Assembly: GCA_002633005.1 (NCBI GenBank)
Contig: NMRA01000055.1
Coordinates: 641,856-705,855, forward strand
Source of the DNA: Phoronis australis
Lineage: Eukaryota; Animalia; Phoronida
Reading direction: 5' to 3'
DNA length: 64,000 nucleotides
The notes under the pieces are model-generated. The model did no database searches, was not told the origin of the DNA, and was given only the letters and a program-made list of their open reading frames with translations. A program made the position numbers and the translations under genes. Shown in pieces: positions 27,401-42,400 of this stretch; position 1 is the stretch's first letter; each line of letters begins with the position of its first letter.

Positions 27401-30400
27401 CTAAAAATGAAAATCAAATTAAATAGGCCTTATAATCACTCATAAAATTGGTCTCATAAATAACCCTTACCGTCACAGGATTCAATTCCCATTATCAACT
27501 CAAGTCACACTCATTACGTGCAGGTGCCAATTTTGAAATCACAATTTCTTAAGTCATTTCGATGTTCTTGTTGGTAACATCAACAGAATCCTATCACAGT
27601 AAAGGATATTATGATACCAGTTTATTAGTCGAGTAAACGTCAAAATTTGATTCTCTTTGTTTTTAGTCAGTTAAACAGGGCCAAATGCAACTGCATGAAA
27701 TCTAAATGCTCTGATTTTCATATACTTATCTGTCAATTCATCCATCCATGTCTCCACTGGCAGTCATGACTCATAAACTTGATGACAGCCTCAGTCCCAC
27801 ATGTCAATTTAAAAACTTGAACATCCTGTAGACACATTTACTGAACGTTGCAGTGATAAAGTAAGTATTTGAAACTCAAGAGATAGAAAATCCCAAATGA
27901 GACCGTCTCATTATGCAGACGGTGTCTCAGTTTTCAGTTCTTCACTTTAAAACACTTTTAAAATCGTTATTTATTCCTTCTCTGGAATTGTTCATCTTTC
28001 ACTGACAAATCAAGTTGACGTTTATGAATTAAAAACTTTGAGTTTGTCTCACTAATTTGAAACAAATGTGAATACTTGATAATTAAGTATAATTTAAGTA
28101 TAATTTAAGAATCAAGATGTCTTAAAATTAGACATTCCTACAGCCTCCGTGAGAAATGATTTCCTAAATTATTAAAACTGACCATCTTGTGTTTCTCTGT
28201 GAGAAGCTGAATGAACCACACTATAATGGGAATATTGACACTTAAAATCCCAGTTTTGGAAATAATTGATTACGATGAGAAATAAACAACACACTGATAT
28301 GACATTGTGAGTCACTTTCAAATTACCACAGTCCTCTGGGTACATGCCTTCCTTTATTTGCCTAAAAGCAACAATAAACCTATATTCAGCCATGGAAAAA
28401 AATTAATTATTAGATCACTAGGTGCCACTATAAAATTGATCTCAACTTGTTTCTAACTCAGATGAAAAGTAATTTTATCTTACTCAGATGAACATTAATT
28501 TTTGGTGTTGCTGAGGACAAAGCTCAGTGACACCTAGTGACAACTTGTAGAGACTATTTTCAACCAATCAACGGACTAAAAGCTAATTCCAAACCCAGAA
28601 ACCACACCTATTTTGACCACGGAACATTTTGTGATCAATATCATCAAATGTAAGCCTTACAAATAAAAATTAATTTTTTGTCACGCAAGGTCTGAGACTT
28701 GACAGATCATAAAATCATCAAAAAAATACCTGCAAATGCAAAATTTTTACACGTCCTCATAGTTTGTAACATCAAAGGGAATGATTGTTTTTTGTTGGTC
28801 AGAATTCTTGAATTTGGGATGGTCAACATTGCCTTTTTCTAAAATTTTGTAGAAGTTCTGGTGTTGAGAAAAATGAATAAATTTTCAATGCCCAAACAGG
28901 AGATTTTTTTACCACACGCAGAAACTTTTAAACATTTTCAATTTTAAACCTGCTTACTCGAGACGTAACTTAGGACACTGATATGGGCATCATTAGGGCC
29001 TTATTTCGTCTTCAAAAAGATGAATAGTTTTACTCAATGGCAATATGTCCAAAATGTCAGGAAAGTGTGTCTAGGATTTTAAAGGCCTTTCAGCCACAGG
29101 ACAAGGCTGTCAAAAATCAACCCTTCCATTATTTAAAGAGTGTTGAAGTCTTTTTTATTTTAATGTTGACAGTGGAATTCTTGACATGCTTCTGTAGTTA
29201 ATGGAATAAAGAAACAGAATTTACGCCCAAAAATCTTAATACTGGACATCACAACTGCAATTTCCGTGAAAAATTACGTTGTTTCCGAGCTAGTCATACG
29301 ATTACAAATATCCGGGCATTAATTTTACGTTAAAAAATATTCTATAATCAACAAGGATACTAAAAATAAATAGGGCTATGAGTTTACTATGAATACTTGA
29401 AAAAACTGGTAAAGAAATTCAATCCTTAGTAACGAAGGTATTCTAGTACGCCAGGCAGAGATGTTTTAACAACTGAATCAACCGTAAAATGAGACTAATT
29501 ACACTTCACATTTTTAATCAATCTGTAATTTCATCACAAATAATATATTTCAGCTTCCTGAGCAGACGACAGTTGGCAACAAAAGAATAACAGAAGGAGG
29601 TTCAACGAAGCACGCGTGGAGACAGAATAAACAGCGTGTTGCTCGGAACGAATATGAGGAGGCCTACTCCAGCATGGCAGAGGTAGAAACAAGGGAAGTC
29701 AAGGCTAGTGGAGACCCATTGGTTTTCAACAAGGGTGGCAAATCGAGCATAAAGAAACAGCCCGAGACGAGCAACACGGATTGGAATGGAATTCTCCAGG
29801 AGGCCAGCTCAAGTGTTTTCAATAAGCAGTTAAAGAACGCAAACACGGCTTGGCACCAATCACCCACGCAAGGCACAAGTCAGCAAATGAAACCCGGTCG
29901 TAGGAATGCTATTTATGATCTACACATGCACTCGGCAAATTTGCAGAAGGATTCCATGACCAACAAAGTGCAGGGAGACACAGCAGCTCGTTCTCTGAGT
30001 CACTTGCGCACAGCAACCATGCTTTTCGGCGTCACCGCTGTTTACGGACTATCCTGGACCCCTTACGGTCTGGAGACACTCGGCGTGATACCATTCTTTC
30101 CCGTCACTGGCTACTGGTTTTATTTCAACAACTGCTCAAATGCCTTCGTTTACAGTCTTGCAAAGAAGTCATTCCGGCGTGACGTCAAGAAACTTTGGGA
30201 AGATGGAATACAGTCCATTTTGTGCTATCGCTCTTAACAAGATTTTGCAAAGATTGAAAAAAGGTGCAATGCAGTCGTTGTTTTTCAATACTGACTAATT
30301 TATAAAACATTTGAATACCATTTTTAATCAAAATAAAAGATGAATGTACTTATTTTGAAAAATGTTGATTATGCGTATGGTTTTTGTTATAGCGTTTTAA

Positions 30401-33400
30401 AATAACAGCGTGCTACATCAAGTATTATATTGATATCCTACTAGTGAATTGAGGCAGGGAAAGAGAGATCTCGAAGTTATTGGCGTGCTTTTCAGAAGGT
30501 CAAATTGCGTTTTCTAGTTTGACACTGTTTGACCTACTTTAACAATGGCTGCCAAATGTTTTCCTATCTCCTAGCAAACATGATGGGGTTGAAAATGAGG
30601 GGCATCAAAAGACAGCAGTAAAGAACCAATTTCAAATGATTTAACTCCTTGAGCCTAAGTTCAATAACTGCCACTGCATAGTCATTATTCACTAAACACA
30701 ATCTGCCAACGCAAAGTGGAACTTCTGGAAGGGCTCAAATATAATACGTATACAGAGTTTTTGAGCATTTTTCAAGCACGGAAATCAACATAATACGCTG
30801 CTTTTCAAAAAACGACAATTTTTGTTGAAGGATCATTTAGCAGCAAATCTTTTTGCCTACCATAAATCTCACCAATTTTCCACAAAAATAATTGCCTGAA
30901 TTGTCCTATTCATTCTAAACATTGTCAAGAATGACCAAAATTTTTCAAGATGCTGTTTGATGTGCTACAGAAATTGAACATAGAAAAAGCATTTTAATAT
31001 GGCGAGGCTTCTTCTCTTTGACAAAAAAATGAGAAAATAAAATTCCACTTAGTCCAAAATTGACAAGATCTTGCTGTAATACTGCACTTAATTTAATTTC
31101 AAATTATTTTTTTTTTGATTTCATTCACAATTTTCTTTACAACTTCCACCAAGCTCCACAAAACTCCACAAAATCATTTGACCTACCGTATTCGTTAAGT
31201 TCAGAATGACATTAATTTATACAAAAAAAAACCACTTTCCAGGGAATCCCTGAGGAAAAGAACACAATGGCTTAAGACATTTGCTACTCACATTCCACTG
31301 TCAGATGAGATGAAAATAGACATTGACAGTAAAAGCTTAGGAAATGCAGACAGTCAACAAAAACAATAGGATGCTTTTATAAAATTGTTAACATTCTCAG
31401 AAAACAATGTCCACTGGGTATTAGGAGCACATTGATCTATATGGTATATTGAGTATTCCTATCTCTGAAATGACAACAAGGATACATGTTTTCAAAGTTC
31501 TGAGTCACTATTGCGAATCTTAGGGCTTGTTTGAAATCTGAGGCCATGTTTAAAAAGCCGGGGTGGGTTCCAGCATATATAGCGAATGATTCAAATAGTA
31601 TTACATGGCAAAACTGTTTACAGTTTCTCACAGCGGAAGCAAAAAGGCAAATTATGACGGAAAAGGACTAATTACTAGTCAACAAAAACAAGAATGAGTA
31701 ACTAATCATGTAGAATAAATTATTTCCAAATTCACAGAAAGGAAGGTTTGGATCTCAAAACATGGTGTACCAATTGACTCGTATTTAGATTTTCGTCAAG
31801 GGTTACCACTGGAATGCATTTTCACCTGCGTTGACAGTAAAACTCGGTGCTAGGAGCAAACTCAACAGTATAAGTGAGCGAAATTCAAGTTAGCCGTAAG
31901 AGTAAATGTTTTCAATCTAAAAAGGCAATAAAACAGAACTTTCTGTCAATAAACAACTTTTAACTTAAGCCCCATGTGTATATAGAAAACAGTCCCATCT
32001 TGTTCCTTACTCAAATTAGAAAGAGTTTCTAGGGTTGAAAGAAACGGGAAATTCATTACTCATCTGTTTGTGATGGCGAGTAAATTTCAGTCACCAAGGT
32101 AGCACAGCCATCGGGGGACTCCAGATGATTTATTGTAACCAATTATTGACATTCAGGTGTTTTTAGCTCAGGAGACCCAGGTATATGGGCTGAGTAAATT
32201 AGTAAAACAAATTGAGAACGTTTTGGATAAGTACGCGTGAGTGGATGAAGCAAGTCTTGTCATAGCGCAGTATAGAAGACGGTAAAACATTTTAAAATCC
32301 GGCAAAACCGTAGCATTCAGGGATGAAGACAAATGGTACACAAGGCCTTTTCATACCAACTTATTCAAAACTACAAAAGGGAATGATGTGAGAAAATGAA
32401 AAAAGGAAGAGAAAATAGGAACAGATAGAGGTACTGGCTCATGTGGCTCAGGTCTTTATTAAGAGCTCTGTTCTCGTGGGTGTTCAATCTTTCGATCTCC
32501 TGCTAAATGTGTTATCAATATTCTCTTCAGCACACAGACCATACCGTTATCATTGCTATGGTCACGTCACATGAAATGTCCGCCACTGAAAACAAGGAAC
32601 TGTCGCAAATGTTTTTATACTGTTCATTGAGATGTGTGTGGAAAGGACAGCCGGTCTCGCTTATCACTAGCGGATTCTGACACGGGGCGAGTTAACTTTA
32701 GACACGAAAACCTCATGAAAAAGTAAAATCACACAGGACTTTACAAGATGTTGCCATGTAATACAAGCAAAACACGTGATCGCACTAGCTTCCTTTGCGA
32801 GATTCTTGCATCCATGGAATTCAGAATGGGTACGAAGATGGAGGACTGCACACCATCGACACCGTTCAGATGAAAACATTTCAACTGATACATTTATTTT
32901 ATTGAACAGTGCAGCTCCACAGTCAGACACTACCCGCCGACTCCGTCACTGTCTTCATGTGATATAATTGCAGAGCACGCGACACATTTCACGTGCACTT
33001 TAAAATCTGAAGGTTAAACCTCAATGAATGACAATAATGCAATCCAAAACGTATCAAATAACAAGACAAACTTCAACATTTTGTAAAATCAAACAGACAT
33101 AAATGAGCGTGCATGAAGCAACATCTAAAAACCAAAATGCAATGGGCACTCAGTCCACTTCAACAATTAGTTTCCGCTGACCAGCGTCCACAATGAAGTT
33201 AGAAAAGCTATAGCCTACCTGCAGACTAGCAGAGCTGTGTTGTACAGGGGTGTGCCCTTGACCTACCCCCTGGCCATGTAGGGCTAGTAGACGGCTAGTT
33301 AGGTCAATGGCAGCGCGATAACACTCTGCACTCTGGCGAGAAAATAGAAAGTTAAAACATGTGTTCACTTTAATTTATAGACAAGACCTTGACTGTGTTA

Positions 33401-36400
33401 ATGAACACTTACAGGACTGATGATTGACCTTTATGAAAATGTTTATTTGCCATTGATAAACAATTAGGGACCAGAGCAGGACTTCATCTACAGGGTGTCC
33501 AGGACATCCAATTGGACACCGTGCCTCAAATTTAGATATCTTAGTTAGGACGGCCTGTTAAGCATTTGGACACCTACGTAAAGTAAGCGTGGCTGTCTCT
33601 CTTGTCATGGTAGTGCCAACTACGGGGACTCCTTGGCTTGTTCAGAAGAAAAGAAGCTGGTCTCAAAACGATGCAAGATACGGAAAATTTATTACAGCAC
33701 AACCATGTCTCCACAGTAACATACCACACTATAACAGCAATTTGAGCTGGGGTCATAAAAACGCTGACATTTATTATTGGTCATGGACACCCTAAGAAAT
33801 TGAGAGCCCATTATGGGCACCCTATTTTCGAAATCCTGCATAAACCCCTGGATCAGACATTTTTTCATATGCCAATGAAGGAAAGACGTTTCCACACAAT
33901 TTCTTATTAATCATCAAATATACCGCATTCATTCACATTGACGCCCACATTTGGCAACACGCCAACTGCAATTTTTTAGAAATTTCACTTTTAAGCGGCC
34001 ATGTAGTTTATCAATAGGAACATTCAACATACAACTCTTCCACATTGTGAGAGCGTCTTTCACTTGACTCAACTTTTAATTCTGGTGTGCACGATGGGCC
34101 GAGTTGACAGGCATGAAACGCTATTTCTTTCATTCACAGAGATTTTGAGATGCTACACGTTTTTATAAATCGCTTGAATAGATCACTATACAACAATGGC
34201 AATTTGACGACATCATAATCATAAAGAATTAATAAAAACTATGAGAAGCATCCCACTGCAATGAATCCATAGAAGAATGCAGAACATTATTCACTAACTA
34301 CGCTATCGCCATCTAGTGACAAGGCATATTTCATCATGTCGCCAGTCTGTTTCATGAAAAGGGACTAAAGTCTTTTTGTTTAAAAAAACAAATATTTGGT
34401 ATTAAGCTCCCAATTGCCAAATTTTAGTTTAGTTTAGTAATTATGAACACATAGTTGCCTGGAAATAACTTGAACAAATTTTCTCCAAAAGTAACATTGA
34501 TGGACATACTATCGGATACTTTAATTCTTTTGTAAATTAAAAAGTGAGTTTTAGCTACTTTTCATAAATAGTTGTGTACTGCGTAAGACCAAATTTCTGC
34601 CTTAAGTCACATTCAGTGAAACATACCCCTGGCATTGTGCACTTGTCTCAACAAAATTACATAATATGGCCTCTTACTTTCTAGAATAATTTTCGGGTGC
34701 CTCAAATTTAAAAATGCCAAATCAAACAAAAGGAAAGCCTCATCTCGGCTTACACTTACAATGAGTCTTTTCAGGCCAGCTTCATCAGGGGTCACCGTGT
34801 CAGCGGTGAGTACGCTACGCTTTACAGCCTCTTGTTCACCCATGAAACGGTACACGAGGTCTTTGACTGGATCACCCTAGAAAAAACAAGGCTGTGTACA
34901 ATACAAGACCACTACACATCACCCCATAAGTTGCGTCAGCAGCCTTCTACTCACAAACCGAAACAAACTCAGCCCGAACTAATGAATACTCAACAGGTTA
35001 CATGTCTTTTCAACTAGCACACTTTTCAATTTGGCTAAATCTCGACAAAACAAGACAAGTGACGCTCCATGCACTTTGTGGAAAGGGCAACAACTTGCCT
35101 TTCAAGTTCATAAACACAAAAAATAATTAGCAACTAGGAACAACAAACAACGTCACACTAAACTCTGGTCTAACGAAAGTTCACCAAAAATACCATTCTA
35201 TTACAGCAAAGATTAGAAAATAGCTGCCAGATAATTCTGCCCAGAAGTGCATCTACAATCGGCACTCTCAGACAGAGATCTGTCAGGATGTCTATCTAGT
35301 TTATTACGATAACTAACAGTACTATGACCAGGTTAAAGCAAGTTACTGAATACACATCCAAGAGGTCCATTTAAATGAAAAGTGAAACGCCAGACAGTGG
35401 CTACAAACCCTCATCCATCACAAAACCATATTTTTTGTTCAAACCACTTACTCTTATGAAATTGGTCTCAAATTGACCCAGAGTAAAATTGATAGATGAC
35501 TTTTAAAAGGGCTTTAAACAAGTGACTATTCACGAATGCTTGAAATCAGGCTCTGCAACTTAACGCGACACTTTACATGCGCAACATGGTCTCAGCAAGT
35601 AATAAACTGTCAGAAATTTGGACCTATGCACCACACAACTGTCTCCGAAAAATAATCGATGTGTCAATTTAAATATGACTTGAGCAAAAATGCAAAGCCT
35701 CCGACAGCACATACATAGCTGCTAGTTACTGAGAAAATTTTTTTATAAATCATTTCTAGACTGCGATGTGCTCACAATTACTTTTACTAAACCTTTTTTC
35801 GGCAAATGTGATGTGAGAGCATAAGACAAAGTATCTTTTAAGTCTTAAGTTACTTTCAAGAAATAAGTCCCTGTTTATAGCTAAATATTGCCAGCAAATA
35901 TGTTTTTGGCCGTAAATATGATATTAAGTCCCTTCAGTATCTTTCAATTAGTATACAGTGTATGGGGCTGTTGAAGAGAGGGTAGAAGGTTTTAAGGCAA
36001 CTTGAATAGGTGATGTTAAGAAAATTGATAATGACAATTGATCATATGTACTTGAGGAATATGCAACACTCAAAGAGCGGAATTTGAACAAAATGCTGTG
36101 AAGCTTTTTATACTGTAATAGTTTAGTATTCATAAAACATTTCCTCTGGGATCTAGTCCAAGCCATTATCAATCGCTGTAAAAATTTTCCAATTATGGAC
36201 AGTCTCTAGAATTTGGGACATGGAAAGTATCGTAGAAATTTAATTTCCTTCATTTTGAAATTTGGGACGAAGGCAATTTTGGCATTCACATTATATTTTT
36301 CAAATTCCGGACAAAGGGTTTTCAATCTACGGAGACTTCATTGAAAACAAGGCTAAACTTTTTTTTGACAGCTTGATACAGAGTCGCTTGTAGTGTAGAA

Positions 36401-39400
36401 ACAATTTCCTTTCTTCAGTTGTGCAACTTTATAGCAAAACACTGTCTGAGAGATATAAAAACATACAAATTATAACACTAGCAACATTTCTTTGGCCGAA
36501 ATGTGTCATTTTCAACATAGCGAATGATGGTATTTTCTACTATTTCTTCCTTAGTTATTTTTAGGCCATGTTGGTGTACAAAATGGTCTTGAATGGACCC
36601 GCCCTGCAACTGCATGACAACTGTTGTGAGAGAGAACACACCGTGTGTCCAATGTAACGCTGTTCACGAGAACGAGGACGAAGACGTTTTTGTCCAAATA
36701 ACATGTGAATTGGTAAACATTATTACATTTGGCCACTGGTCATAATCTTTCATGACGGGTTGTTTTTCATGACAAGGTGACGTGACTTTATATAATAATA
36801 ATAAATAACTACATTCAATCTATCACAAGGTTTGACCACCTTAACGTTATCCCTTACATGTTCGTAACTCAGATAGTTATTAGACATACAGTTCTTATTA
36901 TGATACACGTTCTTAGTGGTACTAGTACTAGATTCAGTGTCAACATGATAGTCAAACCTATGAAGCACCTAACGTGTTTATCAACAAAAGAATTAGTATT
37001 TACCATTGTTAACTAAAACTTGTCTTATAATGTAAAAGGACACCAAGAAAACGCAACTTTTCACAGATAGTTAATACATACATGAACTTTAACATAGAAT
37101 TGAATTCAAGCACGATCTGAAGGGAGGGTAATTTCCTGTCTTATCAGTCATTCCTGAATTTGGGATATCCAGTATTGTTTATTTCTAGAATTTGGGATGT
37201 GCTATGCCCTTGAGCAAAATAATTAATTTTTCACTGTCCCAAATGGGAAAATATTTAGCGTATATGAGGATTTGTTTGTTATTTCACACATTCTGATCAT
37301 TCAGCATGCATAAAATCACACAGTTAAAATGACTGGTGCTTGGTAATATGACTATTACCGTAAGACATCCTATCATATCATACCGTGGCGAGCTTAATTG
37401 CTTTGATCAAATTTTGCGACATGTCAGATTCATGAAATAAAGCAAGTTAGTACTACGGTCGCATCTGGTTAGAATAGAGCTCACAGTAATTGTTATTTTT
37501 GGTTGAATGAACCATGTATTCTTACTTCAGAACCTCTCAACATAAGTTGGACTCTATTTCTTGCACATGGCTACTTGATGCCAAAATATGTTAAAACCAT
37601 TTTAAATTTTACATACAATCAAAGGCGAGTCAACAAAGGAACGTTACACATACTCTCTTGAATGTGGGTATAAGCTAATGAATGACCAAAGAAATTTGAC
37701 TAACTTCGAAACATCATATCTCAGAAATGGCTGATCAGGTTTAAATGAAACTATTCTTTACGCACCGCGCTCTAAAATACAGCAAGGGATTGTTATTGAA
37801 CCGTTCCTCTCCTGCATGAGAGGTTAGCAAAAACAGGACTTTCATGATTCTCCAGAAAAAATCGAGTAACTTCCATAAAAGGAAAACAAAACAATGTTTT
37901 AGGAAGAGCTCATCTTGAAAATTCATTTCAAATTGACACCATTATTTTACCATCAATCCACGTACTTTTCTTTTTTGCTAAATATTATTAAAAATATGGT
38001 CATGTGACCCAATTCATGGCGTATTGGTAAAAAGTGAAGAATCAAATTTTACAGGTCAATTACTTTTAGAAAATAATACTGACTGTTAAAATCAACAATT
38101 CCATATGTATTTGGCTAATTAGAAGGATTTGACAAGAAGGTCCTACAGAACCTTAAAATCATTATCTGAAAACATTTTTGTTCAAAAACTGCGTAATATC
38201 ATTATTGTCCAACATTACCCTCTAGACAAATCACTATCTACCTGAAGCTAATTAATTAATTCTGCCTTTAGGTACTTATCATAATGTCCTGCACATCTTC
38301 CAGCTCCAATGCACACATATCAATTATGCCCCAGTTCCAATTAGAACACAGTAATTAATATAAAGTGCACATTATGAGCCAGGTGGAAATCACAAGAATA
38401 CTGACAATAACAACATTATTTTCCTTTTTGCTATTGCTCGTTGTCGTATTTGCTACATACGTATAAGCTTGGATATAAGGATTCGTTTTCTGGGGTAATT
38501 CCCGTACCATTATTGTATTGTTTTATACCTGTGTTGCAATAAAAAACGTAACAAAAATGAAACAACAACAACACTCATTGAGTGAACAGTACAGGAGACA
38601 ATGCTCTTCATAGGATTTTGAAAAGCCTACCAATTTTTTTTAGTAAGATTCCATAAAGTACCAATGGCATAGACAAGAATTGCAATTGTCCAACGAGGAG
38701 TGGAGAAAATGACTTATCGCAAGGACTTTGAGTGACGCAGCATTCTTGACACACTTTTGTTTCCAAGCTGCCATTGTACCCGCCAAACAAAACATTGCTG
38801 GGCAAAAGTTATTGTTACTTGGCGAAATTTCGCCAAGTATGTTGCTCTGCCACTAAGTTTGTTACTTGGCGGAATTCTTCGGCCAAGTATGTTGTTTTTT
38901 TTTTTGTTTGTTCGCACCATACAGGTCGCAATTTTCGTCCGATCATCACGAAATTTACACATAACACGTACTTCCGGAAGTACTGGAAGCCTATTGTTTT
39001 TCGTCAAAATTGGATCCAAGATGGCGGCTGTGGCGGCCATTCTGTTTTCATTTAAAGGTTCAAATGCTTCTGGAGGCTACAATTTTTTATGTAAAAGGCT
39101 AAGAATCGGCACAGTAAATGGACCGGAAGTTTTCTACAAGTATACCGGAAATTGTTAACATCCGGTTAAAGATGGAGGAAATATCGGCGATCGCGCATGC
39201 GCACCTCGATTTTGGCCTAAAAACGTTTTCTCCTGTAGAGGGCGCATTATAAGGCCAATTCCTTCGAAGTTTTACGGATATTAGCTTTTAATGACATGCT
39301 ATTATATCAACCCAAAAAACCGGAAGTTGCTTACAAGATGGCGGATCTTGGGCATGTTGACCCATTTTCAGTCGTACTTAGGTGCCATTTAAACGTTAGA

Positions 39401-42400
39401 AAAAAATGGCGTGAATTTTTGCATAAGGATTCTGTAAGATATACTCTTTCAAATGAACTGTAAAAATTTTTTTCTCAGACTTACCTTTTTCGAGATATTT
39501 GACTTTAAATTTCTTTAAAAAAGGCAAAATTTCATTTTTTTCGAAAAAATTAACGGAATTGTGTGATACTATAATTTAGATAGAGTTTTGAACGGGCTTT
39601 CAGAAGATATTTTCCATTTTCCGCTACCACATCTACTTTTTGAGTTATTTGAGATTTTCTGATAACGCTGTTCCTTTGTTGAGCGCTCTTGCTACATTGA
39701 TGTTGGTTTAGCTTCTATTGAACTAGACTGTAGCCTATTTCTTATTGATTTATGACATCTAAATTCGTCACATGAATGCTACGATGTTGCTCATCATCTC
39801 CACCATCACCATCATCACATTTATCATCTTCGTCATCATCTCCGACGTCGTCTTTTCTTCAGTTAATTTCGCCAAGTGTCGCTCAAGACTGTAGCCTATC
39901 TCTTAGTGATTTCTGACATCTACGTTCGTCATATGAATGATATCATAACTTGCATTGTCCACCATCGTCACCATCGTCATCATACCTGTCATCTTCGTCA
40001 TCATCTCTGTCGTCGTCTTTTCTGGTCATCTCTAACGTAGTCTTTTTGGTTAATTTCGCCAAGTTTCGCTCCTCAGAGCGCTTTCATTTGTTTGTCGACT
40101 TTTTGCAAAGGGGTGATGCTTGTGATTGGTCAATTTAAATGTTATTAAATGAATTCTGATGCATGCACAAAGTATGGCTATGGAAGTAAACTAATGACTA
40201 GCTGATGAAACAGTGTATGCCGTGATATCCATAGGTAGTTAACATGTACGTTGTACGTCATTACAATATCTTACAACCAACTCAAAGACCTACACAGGCG
40301 ATGTTGCACAGAGGATCCCTTTACGCAAAGGCACAGCATGAATACCAGTGTGGTTACCGAAAAATGACACAAAAAAATAAAAACATGTAATTAACAAAGA
40401 AATATTTAAATGTTTTCAGCACATTTTTGTCGGAACACTACCTCAAGTGGTGCTTTACAAACACAATCCATGCACATGAAACTATACATTTTGATAAAAA
40501 CAACCATACGGTTCTGCAAATTTGATTTCGGCTAAGTGTATTAATCTGATCAATTGGCGCAGGAATCAGGTGGTGTTCTTGAAAAATAATTGCTCATTCA
40601 TTACAAACATAATTGATTGTTAGCAAGTAGACTTGGAACACCCGATACTTTTAATTCAGAAAATTATCACGGCAATTAAAAATTGCTGAAGGCATTTGAC
40701 TGTTTTTGCTAACATATAAAGCATACACAAATAAAAATATATCTGCAAATGTCAAAAATCAGATAATGTAGCACGAATTCAAAAATGTAATAGTTTTTTC
40801 CAAATAACGGAAACAGGTAGACTCACATAAAAATCAAAGAGGCAGGCCAGAATGGAGACTCCCTCTTCCCAAACTGGTTTCACTGGAACAGCCCATAAGA
40901 ATTTTTACAAGTTGTTGAAGTGGAAATAAGGTGTAAAAACGCATTCAGCATAAAACAATTGAGAACATCTGACAAACTACTCTCTAATGTTGTGAGAGAA
41001 TAAAAGCACCTTTCACTTGACCCGATTTTATGACCTGATTTCACATTTTGGTAAAAAAGACAGGAACTAATTTCTCTTGTTCAGAGACATTTCGCATTTT
41101 TGCATTTCATTGTATGTACCATTTGAATATCCCACACTACACCAGAGGTATTTTGACAACATGACGGTCGCAAAGAGTTTATCAAAAAATGTGAAACCTC
41201 TGTTTCCTTAATCTTTGTCTACCGAAAAGGAATGAACTATAGATGGCGCTGAACATTGTCCACCACGTACTCTATCACCATCTTGTGACGAAGCACATTC
41301 CATTATGTCGCCATTACATGGGAAACTAGACATTATCACCTACAGTTATATCACATTAGCACTTAAGCACTGCTACCCACACATCTCTTTAATTGTTTAC
41401 GTCTCTAGAGGATGCCACAACCATATTCAGATTAGTCATGGCACGGTTACCTAGATGCTAAAACGCTGCGAACGATTCGCATTGTGCCCCAAAGGAGGCG
41501 GTATGACCTCATGATAGAGCCATTGTTTACTATTCTAAGTCAAAGCTTTAATCTCCACAAGCCACTTTTTTCTCAGTTCAATTTCACACGGCGCATGCAT
41601 ACTATGCTAAATTCTCACCAAACTAGGAATAAATAATTTATTTATTTATTATTAATGTAATATTTACAATGAGGGTAGCCCCATCAGTTCACACTGCTTT
41701 CCATGGGGGCCCTCAATTGACAAAATTGACCTATTTTCAGTTTTCAAAGGCTTCCAGCATTGTTGTGAATGTCCACAATTTCTCAAGACATTGTTCGACA
41801 GTAGCTATAGAATAGGGCTTTAAAATAATCTATTTGATGCTACTTATTAAGTTATTTGATATGAAAAACAATAGATTTCACATGTCCATGCCAAATTGTA
41901 CTCTAAATTGGTGATATTGTACAAATATTAAATTTTAACTGGTTCTGAACTGGTCTGTGCCCAGCAGTTGGCACCAGGTGGCACTGGGTAAAAAGAAAGA
42001 AGAGGAAGGATTCCGAAACATTTAATCAGACACCAGGTGGCGTTGGAGACAAAAATAATGATCCCGACTCAGTGGCTAGAGCATTTGCTTGGTTAGCAGT
42101 TGCAGGGTTCGAGTTCCGGTCGGGGGCAGAAATCTTTTCAGTCTTATGTTCAGTACGTCACGTGATGTGGCCCACCAGTGGCATACAGACCAGACTTAAA
42201 ATATTTGTGAACAATAAAAATAAACAATAAATGATAATCTTACCATGGGTTCATCCATGCAGACGACTGGCATAGTCAGCTGTTCTTTGTCCACGAAGAA
42301 AGTTCCTGGAGTACTTGTAGCCATGGAAACGAGTACCTGCCTCGTTGTTTCACTCGGTATCCATGCGTCGTGCATTCGATCCGTGTCGGACATGTTAAGA

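Noticed and set aside
33475-33850. Another CAGGGG-terminated element
   Set aside because: The right end (ATAAACCCCTG) is plausible, but the left terminus and TSD cannot be matched.
39950-40138. Ser-rich ORF
   Set aside because: Translation of (TCA/TCG)n low-complexity sequence inside the Helentron-like element.
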